Origin: an uncultured virus (IMG/VR IMGVR_UViG_3300008120_009089)
Lineage: Duplodnaviria; Heunggongvirae; Uroviricota; Caudoviricetes
DNA length: 64,000 bases
Reading direction: 5' to 3' (one strand)
Virus record (IMG/VR): IMGVR_UViG_3300008120_009089
Shown here: positions 49,892-59,325 of the stretch, one piece after another
Position numbering within the stretch: position 1 is the first letter of the stretch
How the letters are laid out: each line of letters opens with the position of its first letter
The notes under the pieces: generated by a model
Database searches by the model: none
What the model saw: only the letters and a program-made list of their open reading frames with translations
What the model was told of the DNA's origin: nothing
Program-made: the position numbers and the translations under genes

Positions 49892-50504
49892 AAGTTTTAT
49901 TTAATAAATCTTCAATCGCTTGAACACCATCACTATTTATCTCACGAGTACCAATTCCAGCAAAATTCTCTTCTGTTATTTTTGGAGTATCTTTTAATTG
50001 AACAAATCTTAAAGCATTATAAGACCATCTAAACCAAGACTTCTTATTTTGTTCATAAACGTAAACTTCTTTCTCGTTATTGATAGCCATTTGAACAGCA
50101 TAACCAGTACCACCCGAAACGATATCATATTTAGATTTATTATAATAACCCTTACTATCTTTACTACCAGGATTTACTATACTACCTATTGCAAAAACTT
50201 GATTAGAATATTTAACTTGAGACCAATTTCTAGCTAAGAGATTCATATATTTTTGAATACCAAATCTACCTAAAACCTTATTAGCACGGTTTATCTCATT
50301 AACACCTTCATTATAATCATCATCTGATATCTCAACTTTATTAGGTGAGTCATGATATTTAGTTTTATAGGAAAAAGCCCTAACCTTAATACCTCTTTCA
50401 ATACATTTATTTTCAAAAACAGTATCCGTTCCAACGGCACCACCAGAGTTACAAGTCATTCTATCAAGTCTAATTGGTCTTTTATTAAATAAATCGTCTA
50501 TCAT
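49884..50504 (-). CDS. SLOG-superfamily (DprA/Smf-LOG-like) protein
   Basis: SGGAVGTD, ARN..QV, GGTGYAVQMA, K.VYV. Confidence 0.7.
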   Translation of the reverse strand: MIDDLFNKRPIRLDRMTCNSGGAVGTDTVFENKCIERGIKVRAFSYKTKYHDSPNKVEISDDDYNEGVNEINRANKVLGRFGIQKYMNLLARNWSQVKYSNQVFAIGSIVNPGSKDSKGYYNKSKYDIVSGGTGYAVQMAINNEKEVYVYEQNKKSWFRWSYNALRFVQLKDTPKITEENFAGIGTREINSDGVQAIEDLLNKTFN

Positions 50505-50770
50505 TTGTTTAAAATATTAGTTAGTATCATTTCTCTAGTTAGTTGTTTGTCTGAAATCTTTAATATAATTGAAAATTTTTCTTCACCAAAGTTTCTATGT
50601 ATAGTTACTTTTGTATCCTTATCAAAGGCTTGTATACCAAATTTTTTATTTATAAAATCTCTGCTACGATTTTTAGCTTGAGTTAGATTTTCACCAGAAA
50701 GAATTTCAAAATCAATATTATGACAACCAATTAAATTATCATTTAAATCATATACAAATAAATCAGTCAT
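50501..50770 (-). CDS. Hypothetical protein with C-terminal REMILTNIL tag
   Basis: 89-aa ORF. Confidence 0.55.
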   Translation of the reverse strand: MTDLFVYDLNDNLIGCHNIDFEILSGENLTQAKNRSRDFINKKFGIQAFDKDTKVTIHRNFGEEKFSIILKISDKQLTREMILTNILNK

Positions 50771-51647
50771 TTAGTTCAATTTTTAAGTTTTCAACTCCCC
50801 AGATTGCTAAGTCACCATCACATCTAAAATAAAGGTCTCTTATATCAATAGGTTCATTAAATATGTATTTTTTTAAGTAAATAAAGTATTTTCTACCATC
50901 ACAACCAGTTAACTCCTTATATAGTTCATTTTCAAAAAAGTCTAAATAAGTATTTATTCTAAAATCTTCTGTTATTTTAGTTTTGAATATTTTAACATTA
51001 TAAGACTCATTTTTAATAATATCTAATAGAACTTCTTTTTGTAATTTTTTTATATCATCATAAGAGAATATAACCTCATCATACTTAATAAATTCCAATG
51101 TTAAACCATCAAAACCACTCAATTTATTAATAACATCTTCAATCATAACTCTTTGAGCTCTAACTTGTCTTTTTGGATTTATATTACCAAAGATGTATTG
51201 TCTGAAATGTTTAGACTTGTGAAATATTGGATGTATATCAAACTTATTTAAGAAATCAGAATAAGTATCTCCTAATTCATTTAGGAAGAATGGATCATAC
51301 TTTTTAAGAACCTGCCAATTAGCCATCTTCAAATCGATAGATAAATATTTTTTATCTTCTGATAAAGTAACATTTTTATTGGTTGGTAAATCAGTAATTA
51401 AATTATCATCATTTAATTCATTATAAGCTCTCGATTTTTTAAGAAACTCAATAGCCTCATTTGATTTATCCAATTTAAACTGGTAAATATCTTCAATCTC
51501 TAATTCAGCTGATTCATATAATGTTATTAAATCATCAATATTTTTCCACCTCCACAATTTTTTATATTGATTGATATAATAATCAAATTCATTGAAATTT
51601 GGAACATTCAAATCAAATAACTTACAAAAACTCTTTATATCTTTCAT
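50763..51647 (-). CDS. Hypothetical protein, possibly a divergent polymerase-palm-like fold
   Basis: YLSIDLKMAN, RQYIFG and KYDEVIF motifs. Confidence 0.4.
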   Translation of the reverse strand: MKDIKSFCKLFDLNVPNFNEFDYYINQYKKLWRWKNIDDLITLYESAELEIEDIYQFKLDKSNEAIEFLKKSRAYNELNDDNLITDLPTNKNVTLSEDKKYLSIDLKMANWQVLKKYDPFFLNELGDTYSDFLNKFDIHPIFHKSKHFRQYIFGNINPKRQVRAQRVMIEDVINKLSGFDGLTLEFIKYDEVIFSYDDIKKLQKEVLLDIIKNESYNVKIFKTKITEDFRINTYLDFFENELYKELTGCDGRKYFIYLKKYIFNEPIDIRDLYFRCDGDLAIWGVENLKIELND

Positions 51648-52048
51648 AATAACTTTTTTAATTGATAATCTCTTAGTTCAGATTTAAAATTTCTTTTCAT
51701 TTTATTGAACCGACTTTTTAAATGATCTACCTTTTTCTCAGCTTCCAACAATTCATCAAACCAATCCTTAAACATTTGTAATGATAACACACTATCGAAA
51801 TCAATTTCATACTCATTGGAAATATTACATCCAATAACAACCCAATGATCATTAAGTATTTGATTTCCTAATACTTTATTTTGTATTCTAACATGAGTAT
51901 AAAAACCTTTAAATTTATTATTATACTTCTTTATACGAAAACTAGTATAGTTAGGTTTACCTAAAAAAGCATACTTTGCTTTATTTATTTCAAAGTTTTC
52001 TTCAAAATAGACATCCTTTATAATATCAAAAACTTCATCTTCTGTCAT
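51644..52048 (-). CDS. Hypothetical protein with C-terminal RDYQLKKLL tag
   Basis: 134-aa ORF. Confidence 0.6.
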   Translation of the reverse strand: MTEDEVFDIIKDVYFEENFEINKAKYAFLGKPNYTSFRIKKYNNKFKGFYTHVRIQNKVLGNQILNDHWVVIGCNISNEYEIDFDSVLSLQMFKDWFDELLEAEKKVDHLKSRFNKMKRNFKSELRDYQLKKLL

Positions 52049-52102
52049 ATACCCAATTGTTTAAGTTTTTCATCTCTTATTGTAGTCCTGTATCTTTTTC
52101 AT
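52045..52102 (-). pseudogene. Frameshifted tag-only micro-ORF
   Basis: Removing one A from the A5 run after ATG gives MKRYRTTIRDEKLKQLGI-stop. Confidence 0.4.
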
Positions 52103-52105
52103 AAT

Positions 52106-52297
52106 TTACTTTTTTAAATTAGCACGAATAAATCCAGCTAAATATCCAGAAATAACAGCCATTGCTGCAAAACCTCTTGTATTAAATACAATATTTCCTT
52201 TAATTAAAATTTCCCCGTATGTGTTATCACAATATACGGATATTGATGGCTCATATTGCCTTGCCTGATTAATGAGTTTATTTATTGAGGCTTCCAT
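52106..52297 (-). CDS. Hypothetical protein
   Basis: 63-aa ORF in an operon. Confidence 0.55.
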   Translation of the reverse strand: MEASINKLINQARQYEPSISVYCDNTYGEILIKGNIVFNTRGFAAMAVISGYLAGFIRANLKK

Positions 52298-52302
52298 AAT
52301 GG

Positions 52303-52566
52303 TTAGTTTTGTTTTAACAAATATACAAATAAAAATTGATCATGCAAGGATGAGGTGCAAAAAAGTGCGTGTTTTTTTGCATGACTTAATAATTCTTCAT
52401 TTTTTTGAATAAAATTTTTTAACTCACTCATTTCTTGATAAACATCTATCTGACTTGGATAAATATTAAGTCTTGGATCATTTTCTAATTTTTTTAATTT
52501 TTTCTTAGCATCTAAAATATCATTATATAAAGACATTACCAACACCTCAATAGTAGGAACTTTCAT
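52303..52566 (-). CDS. Hypothetical coiled-coil protein
   Basis: 87-aa ORF in an operon. Confidence 0.55.
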   Translation of the reverse strand: MKVPTIEVLVMSLYNDILDAKKKLKKLENDPRLNIYPSQIDVYQEMSELKNFIQKNEELLSHAKKHALFCTSSLHDQFLFVYLLKQN

Positions 52567-52587
52567 ATACCCAACATTTTCAATTTA

Positions 52588-52725
52588 TCATCCCATATAA
52601 AAAATAGACAATTTATGTTCTAATTCTCTCCTCTTTTGTCTATCACTTTTATCTGAATAGTAATCAAAGTTACCATTTCTTTGTTTATCTTGATAGTTTA
52701 CAAAATTATTATCTTTATACTTCAT
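52588..52725 (-). CDS. 45-aa ORF, possibly frameshifted before a DDKLKMLGI tag
   Basis: ATGA overlap with the upstream gene; removing one T of a T6 run extends it to 52563. Confidence 0.45.
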   Translation of the reverse strand: MKYKDNNFVNYQDKQRNGNFDYYSDKSDRQKRRELEHKLSIFYMG

Positions 52726-53075
52726 ATACCTAATTGATTAAGTTTATCTTCTCTTCTATCCGCTTTCAATTTAGTTTCCCAATATTCATCATAAGTTATG
52801 AAATAAGTATTTAACTCATTTAAATCTAAATAATACCACTTAATTCTTTCTGAATATGGTTTTTTCCACCAATCTTTTATAAGATTACCTTTATCATCGT
52901 GTGATCCGTACCAATCATCTTCGATACAAATACCCCAACCTTTTCTACCACCAACTTCTGGGTCAGCATTAAAAGTCAAGTTTCCTCTACCTTTTATGTT
53001 ATAAGAACCACCAACTCTATAATTTAAGTATGGTTTTATACAAACTACTGATTGTGCGTCTTCCCACTTTTCCAT
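52722..53075 (-). CDS. Hypothetical protein with C-terminal REDKLNQLGI tag
   Basis: 117 aa; V.CIK...Y and ..YF pattern shared with 63251-63778. Confidence 0.6.
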   Translation of the reverse strand: MEKWEDAQSVVCIKPYLNYRVGGSYNIKGRGNLTFNADPEVGGRKGWGICIEDDWYGSHDDKGNLIKDWWKKPYSERIKWYYLDLNELNTYFITYDEYWETKLKADRREDKLNQLGI

Positions 53076-53239
53076 ATCTTTTCTATTTTATGAAATCTTT
53101 TATAAAGTATTTTTAACTTAAAAGTTTCTGAATAATATTCATCATCTATATTTAGAAACTTATTAGGCAAACCATAATTGGAGTTTATAATAATTTTTCT
53201 GAATTGTAAACTAACTTCTATAATTTGACTCTTATTCAT
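53045..53239 (-). CDS. Mini-protein carrying a family-B DNA polymerase motif-B-like fragment
   Basis: QFRKIIINSNYG (KxxxNSxYG), then KRFHKIEKIW. Confidence 0.55.
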   Translation of the reverse strand: MNKSQIIEVSLQFRKIIINSNYGLPNKFLNIDDEYYSETFKLKILYKRFHKIEKIWKSGKTHNQ

Positions 53240-53283
53240 GATGATCAACACTAATTTTATAAAAATAAAAAAGTAATATTAAA

Positions 53284-54162
53284 TTACAAATTTTTTATAT
53301 AAAGATATTTTTCATATTTTCTTTTCAATCCTATAAAATCATCACCATATAAATAATCTCCAAATTTTAAAACATCTTTTTTATTGGATATTAAAACCAA
53401 AGAGTGTGTGTGAATATTACCACTTTTATTTATAGTCTCTCTCTTTTTAATTTTATATTCTATACCTAAATAATCAAAAATATCAGAGATGTGTCTCCAA
53501 TCCTGATTAATGGTGGATGATATTGAATATTGTGTATTATAATGTTTCGAATTATAATAAAAACAACCATCAGCATCCGACAATCCCATATAAAAATACC
53601 TTTTCATATCAAAACTTAAATTATCTAAAATTATAGGATAATTATAAGATTTCTTATGATAGTCTAAAGATACTAAATATTCAATTAATATTCTATTATA
53701 TATAGAAAAACAAATTTGCTCTTTTCTATTATTTCTTTTTCTATATGAAATATTCCAATTTATAACCGACATCATCTTTTCATAAATATCCAAACCATCA
53801 TCTTTAATAATTTCTAACGATACCGAATTTGATTTACCAAGACCACCATTATGAATATAACCATCACCCCATATATAACCTAAAATATATAAAAATGTAG
53901 GATTAGTATAAATGTCATCAATTGACACGTTTAATACCTTATTTAGGTTTTTTTGTGAGTCATTTCTTTTCTCCCAACTACATTTTACAGTTGATGATCT
54001 AAGAGACTTAATCGTTTCAATGTCAACTTTCAATCCAAGTTTTGAGGCCTTTTTTTGAACACTTCTTTGTGTTCTATTAAGAAAATTAGAACAAAAGCTA
54101 ATTCCCTCTTTAGCATAATTAGATAACAAAAAATCCAATTCATCATTATTCCACTTTCTCAT
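53284..54162 (-). CDS. Double-motif LAGLIDADG homing endonuclease
   Basis: YILGYIWGDG and FYMGLSDADG. Confidence 0.9.
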   Translation of the reverse strand: MRKWNNDELDFLLSNYAKEGISFCSNFLNRTQRSVQKKASKLGLKVDIETIKSLRSSTVKCSWEKRNDSQKNLNKVLNVSIDDIYTNPTFLYILGYIWGDGYIHNGGLGKSNSVSLEIIKDDGLDIYEKMMSVINWNISYRKRNNRKEQICFSIYNRILIEYLVSLDYHKKSYNYPIILDNLSFDMKRYFYMGLSDADGCFYYNSKHYNTQYSISSTINQDWRHISDIFDYLGIEYKIKKRETINKSGNIHTHSLVLISNKKDVLKFGDYLYGDDFIGLKRKYEKYLYIKNL

Positions 54163-54225
54163 AAGAGTTTATTCTTTTAATTATATATTAAAAGTGAATA
54201 ACTCCCTAATGATGTGCTATCTGAA

Positions 54226-54813
54226 TTATTTTTTTCTACTATTAAAATCAATAACCTCTTCTATACTAAAAGGTCTATATTCACCTAATACTATTTTAGC
54301 GGAATCGACACCAACATCCATTCTTAAAGTGTTTTTATTTAAATGATCAAAATATGAGTGTTCATGACCATGTAGCATAATAACCCCCTTATGACTCCCA
54401 TCCCAAGATAAATGTGGATAATGACTCATGAAAAATTTATGTTTTCCATGTGAAACTTGTAAAACATCTTGAACTGATGAAAAAAGTTCAATTGGGTTAA
54501 AAGAAGAATCGTGGAATTTTACTTCTTTATCAACTATATGCTGGTCGTGGTTTCCTAAAATAAGATGAATTTTTTTACAAACAATTGAATCTCTAAATAA
54601 TTTGATGTTGTGAATTCCACCAAAGCTCCAATCACCTAAGTGATATAGTATATCATTTTCTTTGACATACTTATTGATACCATCAATAAGAGCCATGTTC
54701 ATCTCATGAACTGAATTAAAATTTCTATATCCAGAATTCCATCTAGATATTTTGGGACCAGCTATATTTGTATGCCCGAAATGCGTATCTGAAGTAAACC
54801 ATATATTACTCAT
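54226..54813 (-). CDS. Calcineurin-like metallophosphoesterase
   Basis: SDTHFGH, LGD, GNHD, SHYP, HGHEH. Confidence 0.92.
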   Translation of the reverse strand: MSNIWFTSDTHFGHTNIAGPKISRWNSGYRNFNSVHEMNMALIDGINKYVKENDILYHLGDWSFGGIHNIKLFRDSIVCKKIHLILGNHDQHIVDKEVKFHDSSFNPIELFSSVQDVLQVSHGKHKFFMSHYPHLSWDGSHKGVIMLHGHEHSYFDHLNKNTLRMDVGVDSAKIVLGEYRPFSIEEVIDFNSRKK

Positions 54814-55079
54814 TTTCTTAATTTTTTTAATTTCTTTCTCACTAAATCTTCCACAACTTCAGTTCCGTATATTTCACTTATACATCTACCTTCTGAATTA
54901 TAGAACTGATAACATTCTAACTCACCATTAGAATCACAGAATATCTCACCATTTATCCTTTCACCATTAATTGAAAGTAAGACATAATAACAAGTCTCAT
55001 CACTAGATTCATCTATTCTCTTGACACGGAATTTAGCTGATGTTATCTCTTTATATCTACCAAAATCTAATATTCTCAT
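54810..55079 (-). CDS. Hypothetical protein
   Basis: ATG 55079 lies downstream of a TAnnTTTG box. Confidence 0.55.
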   Translation of the reverse strand: MRILDFGRYKEITSAKFRVKRIDESSDETCYYVLLSINGERINGEIFCDSNGELECYQFYNSEGRCISEIYGTEVVEDLVRKKLKKLRK

Positions 55080-55152
55080 AATAATATTTTTCACAAATAT
55101 ACAAAATAAGTTTTACTTTTTAATATATAAAGAGTAAAAATATTATTATATT

Positions 55153-56796
55153 ATGAAGTATATAAAACTTTTCGAAGCATTTGAATCTAATGTAATTTCT
55201 AAAACATTAAATTATATAAAAAACGGGAAACCCAATTTCTTAGGTATGATTGATCATATATCAAGAGAATATGATATACCACAATCTAAAATAACTGATG
55301 AGGTTTTTGAATACCTACCTTATAAATCAGCTTTAAATTATAGAGTTGAAAAGGGTAAAAAAGGAGACCAGGTAGATTGTAAAGCCAAATCTATTGAAGT
55401 ATTTGGTGATAAAGGAGTTGAAGATAGTGAATGTAGAGCTGGTAAATTAGCTAAGAAATGGGGTAAAGGCACTAGAAATGTTGAATGTCCTGTTTGTAAA
55501 GGAACTGGTAAAGTTGGAACACCAGATGGGAAAGATAAAAAACTTCCACAAAATGTTTTTAAATTTTGGTTAGATGAAGGGGGTAATTTAATAACTATTT
55601 CCAAATCTAAGATAGATTCACCAAAAGAAGAAAGTGAAGAACAAAGATTGAGTTATCTATCATATCATGGTGATATTAGAGAGTTGGAAGAAAAAGGAAT
55701 GAGAAACCTATTCAATCAAAGATTAAAAGATGGAGTTTATCCTGGTAAGATATACTTCAGTAGAAATGATTATCAAAGAGGAAGATTTGATAATGGATAT
55801 TTATTTGTGCGAGGTGGTGGTAGATACTTTATACACAATAACGATGGTAAGAGTGGATCTTCACCTGATGGTAATTGGAGAGATTATGGAAATTATTCTT
55901 GGTCAATTGGTGGTGATTCATATGTAACTATATTTGATTATTCAGGAGGAAAGACTATTTCTAGTGAAACCGAGTTTTATAAAAATGTTGGTGATAGAGC
56001 CTTCAGAACAAGAAATTTAACTAAAGAAAGTTTAACGGATGCTAAATTTGCTATTGTATTAGACGTTGATAAATTAAAAGGACTTGACTTACCGAAAAAA
56101 TCAGAGATTATTTCTGGTAGAAAAACTCAAAAATCAGGAGCTTTATCATTTATAAAACCAGAAGAGATCAAAAAACAAAACATTGATAGATACATTTCTA
56201 AATTAAGCGAAATCTCATCTGATAAATTAGATGTATCCAACTTCGATACTTATTTCTTCAGAATATTAGGATTTAAAAATGTTCTTTTCAAGATGCTTGA
56301 ACAAGGTGAACTATCAGATATATTAGACAACATCTTAAATAAATATGTTAAATTGATAAAAGCAATTGAAAAGGCTAAGAAAAAGAGAGGTGGTTATGTA
56401 GAACCTGAAGCTGAAATAAAAAATCTAGCTGATTCACTAAAATCATATTTTAGAAGAGAAATAACTAATAACTCAAACAACTTAAAAACTATTGAAACTG
56501 TTAAGGCAGAAGCCGATGATAAACACAAAGTTTTAATAAGTCACATGGAAGAAATCAGTAATGTTATTTATAATAAATTGAAATCTTTTGGTAAACTAGA
56601 AACTATCGATGATGCTGAAATATTAGTCGCTAAAATAAAAACTATTGAGGATCTAATTAGAAATAAAAGATATGAATGGTCCAATTTTAGATTAGGTAGT
56701 ATCCGTCATATAAATTATGTTGGTTTAACAACAAAAACACCGGAAGAAATTAGTAGAATCTGTAATAGAATGAAAAATGTAATAGAAAAAGTATGA
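55153..56796 (+). CDS. Paralog 2 of the ~520-aa family, with CxxCxGxG zinc-finger insert
   Basis: MKYIKLFEAFES; CPVCKGTG; shared blocks. Confidence 0.7.
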   Translation: MKYIKLFEAFESNVISKTLNYIKNGKPNFLGMIDHISREYDIPQSKITDEVFEYLPYKSALNYRVEKGKKGDQVDCKAKSIEVFGDKGVEDSECRAGKLAKKWGKGTRNVECPVCKGTGKVGTPDGKDKKLPQNVFKFWLDEGGNLITISKSKIDSPKEESEEQRLSYLSYHGDIRELEEKGMRNLFNQRLKDGVYPGKIYFSRNDYQRGRFDNGYLFVRGGGRYFIHNNDGKSGSSPDGNWRDYGNYSWSIGGDSYVTIFDYSGGKTISSETEFYKNVGDRAFRTRNLTKESLTDAKFAIVLDVDKLKGLDLPKKSEIISGRKTQKSGALSFIKPEEIKKQNIDRYISKLSEISSDKLDVSNFDTYFFRILGFKNVLFKMLEQGELSDILDNILNKYVKLIKAIEKAKKKRGGYVEPEAEIKNLADSLKSYFRREITNNSNNLKTIETVKAEADDKHKVLISHMEEISNVIYNKLKSFGKLETIDDAEILVAKIKTIEDLIRNKRYEWSNFRLGSIRHINYVGLTTKTPEEISRICNRMKNVIEKV

Positions 56797-58340
56797 AGTT
56801 TATAAAATTATTTGAGGCTTTTGAATCCAATATACTACCAAAGACTTTAAATTTTTTATCTGAAGATAGTAAAAAAACTTTCTTAAAAAAAGTAAAAAGT
56901 TATTGTGATAATATAGATTTCCCTTATTCAAAAATAAGTGATGACTTCTTTCAATACCTACCATTTAAAAAGGCAGTTAAAGAAGTTATTAGTTCTAAAG
57001 AAGAAACTAAAAAGTGTGATGCTACTTCAACTGAATTATTTAATGATAAAGGAATTGAAGGTGTGACTTGTAAAGGTGGTAAAATTAATAGAAAATGGGG
57101 AAGTGGAACCAGAAAAGTTGATTGTACTAAATGTAAAGGAACTGGAATGATGACTGTTTCTTCTGGAGAAGGAATTCCACAAAATTATGAATTGATTAAA
57201 TTCTGGATCACTAAAGATGGTGATCTAAAAGAAATAACAATCACTGATGGTAGACCCACAAAATTAAAAGGTGCTCAATTTGGAAACTTAGATAAAGAGG
57301 GATATGTTAGTATTAAAAACTTATCCAGTGTAAATTTTAAAATACCAAATGGAACACCAATTGTTTTCAAAGAGGGTCGTGTAACAACAACTGGTGTTAT
57401 AGTGTTCGATGAGTATGAAAATGCTTATTTTGCTATACACAATAATCGTGCAAAAGACGGATCCTCACCATCAAGAGAATTAAGAAATCAATATTCACAT
57501 ATTGGTAGATACTATTGGCAATTAACTGCTGGAAGTGGAACGAGATATGATCTTTTTGATGAGCTAAAGGTAAAACTAAATGATGATAAAAAAGATAGTG
57601 ATGAAATTGACTACTTCTTATACAACAAAGATATAAAAACAGGTAATGCTCTCTCTGAAAAATCAGAAGCTGACTTCGCAATTGTTTTCGATACTGGTAA
57701 ATTAAAAAACTCTGAATTCTATAAAAGAAGTGATATTAAAAGTGATAGAAGCAAGGCTAGAATGGGAGCTCAAAGATTAAAAGATCCAGAAGAGATTAAA
57801 AAGAGTAATTTAGAAAATAGATTGATGAAGATTGCTCAGAAAGAATTTAATATCGAAAGTTTTAATTCTTTATTCAGTAGATTGTTATTCGATAAGTATA
57901 TCTTATTCTTCGAGTTGAAAGATACTATTCAGAAAATACAAAAACTTGTAAATATTTGGGATAACAAAGANNNNNNNNNNNNNNNNNNNNNNNNNNNNTT
58001 AAAATACTCAAACAGTCTTAAAACAGATGCTCTTGGAAGAATAGCAAAGTTACAACCAAATAATAAAAAATTAGCAACTAAACTAATTGAAGTTGGTGAA
58101 ATAGTCCTTTCTAAAGTTAAAAAAGATATCAATGATGAAACTGATATGGAGATAGCTCTAAACAGATTAAACTCTATTAATGAATTAATAAATAAACCAA
58201 GATATAGTTTCAATGACAGAAAAGATAGAATAATTTATTATGCTAAAGGACTTTCATCTGATGATATTGATAATGATACATTAGAAGCTTATATAAAAAC
58301 TCTTAATGAAATAGAAGAAGTTATAAAAAGAATACCTTAA
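56793..58340 (+). CDS. Paralog 3 of the ~520-aa family, with CxxCxGxG insert (spans an assembly gap)
   Basis: MKFIKLFEAFES; CTKCKGTG; shared blocks. Confidence 0.65.
   Translation: MKFIKLFEAFESNILPKTLNFLSEDSKKTFLKKVKSYCDNIDFPYSKISDDFFQYLPFKKAVKEVISSKEETKKCDATSTELFNDKGIEGVTCKGGKINRKWGSGTRKVDCTKCKGTGMMTVSSGEGIPQNYELIKFWITKDGDLKEITITDGRPTKLKGAQFGNLDKEGYVSIKNLSSVNFKIPNGTPIVFKEGRVTTTGVIVFDEYENAYFAIHNNRAKDGSSPSRELRNQYSHIGRYYWQLTAGSGTRYDLFDELKVKLNDDKKDSDEIDYFLYNKDIKTGNALSEKSEADFAIVFDTGKLKNSEFYKRSDIKSDRSKARMGAQRLKDPEEIKKSNLENRLMKIAQKEFNIESFNSLFSRLLFDKYILFFELKDTIQKIQKLVNIWDNKXXXXXXXXXXLKYSNSLKTDALGRIAKLQPNNKKLATKLIEVGEIVLSKVKKDINDETDMEIALNRLNSINELINKPRYSFNDRKDRIIYYAKGLSSDDIDNDTLEAYIKTLNEIEEVIKRIP
57971..57998. 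other. Assembly gap (28 N)
   Basis: Run of n. Confidence 1.
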
Positions 58341-58370
58341 AAAGTGAGTAGTTAAACTACTCACTTTTTT
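58339..58370. terminator. Bidirectional terminator
   Basis: AAAAAGTGAGTAGT-taa-ACTACTCACTTTTT. Confidence 0.85.
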
Positions 58371-58876
58371 TATTTGAAAAAATTGCTCATTTTAACAATT
58401 CTAACAAACTGTTCATCATTGAAAACATGGTACATATCTTCTAAAACCTCAATACGAGCTTTAATACCATTCCTTTCTAAATATTCAGTTGTGTAATGGT
58501 TTGGTATTTGAAAATCTCTAGCACCTAAGAAAACCTCCAAGTTTATATCATTTTTTTCAAGCGGATAGTTAAAATCTTTTATCTCTAATTGAGATCTATC
58601 TCTATCTATACCAGGGTTGATTAAGATACAATTTTTTCTTAATTTGTTAGCAATTAAGTTAGCAGTATAGCCACCAAGACTTAAACCAATTATAACATCA
58701 CAATCTTTTGACAATTCAATAGACTCTTCTGTTATTGATTTACATTCATCAAGATCCCATTCATAATCATAATCAATGTATTGTTGGATGGTTTCGTAAC
58801 CAAGATACTTAAATAACTCGGTTATAAATGGAATAGGTTCACCACCATACCCATGGAAAAATATTAGTTTCTTCAT
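58370..58876 (-). CDS. Alpha/beta hydrolase (YqiA-like esterase)
   Basis: FHGYGG, GLSLGG nucleophile elbow, INP, D and H triad candidates. Confidence 0.85.
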   Translation of the reverse strand: MKKLIFFHGYGGEPIPFITELFKYLGYETIQQYIDYDYEWDLDECKSITEESIELSKDCDVIIGLSLGGYTANLIANKLRKNCILINPGIDRDRSQLEIKDFNYPLEKNDINLEVFLGARDFQIPNHYTTEYLERNGIKARIEVLEDMYHVFNDEQFVRIVKMSNFFK

Positions 58877-59325
58877 TAAACTAGTTTTATTAATTTATTA
58901 TAAATTGTGTGGTATTTCTTTAATCGTTTTAATTCGTAATCTCCTAATTCAGGTAATCGTGTTACATCCATATTATCTTTTAAGTCGGATAATTTAACAT
59001 GAATTGCTAACTTATTTGAGATTAAATTATTTATATAAGTTTCATAATTTTGACCTTCAACTTTTGTTAAAGCAATAACAGCATCAACAACTTCATCTGG
59101 AAATTCTTTTCGTAAGTCTTCTTCAGTCCAATCGGTATCTTCAACTAAATCATGTAAAAGTGCGATTGTAGTTAATAACTCTCTTATATTAGAATTACCT
59201 AATACATTAGAAGCCACACGTGTTAAATGTCCTATATAAGGTTTTCCAGCTTTATCGGTTTTACCATCAAATTCTTTTGAAACTATATCAAAAGCTTTCA
59301 TTGTCATTTCAGTTTGTAAGAACAT
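58876..59325 (-). CDS. Stand-alone RelA/SpoT-type HD hydrolase (small alarmone hydrolase-like)
   Basis: KAGKPYIGH..RVA, ALLHDLVEDT, LTK, VKLSD..DN. Confidence 0.85.
   Translation of the reverse strand: MFLQTEMTMKAFDIVSKEFDGKTDKAGKPYIGHLTRVASNVLGNSNIRELLTTIALLHDLVEDTDWTEEDLRKEFPDEVVDAVIALTKVEGQNYETYINNLISNKLAIHVKLSDLKDNMDVTRLPELGDYELKRLKKYHTIYNKLIKLV

Noticed and set aside
57971..57998. Possible hypervariable or invertible site in paralog 3
   Set aside because: It is an N gap, so nothing can be inferred, and the true length of the gene is uncertain.
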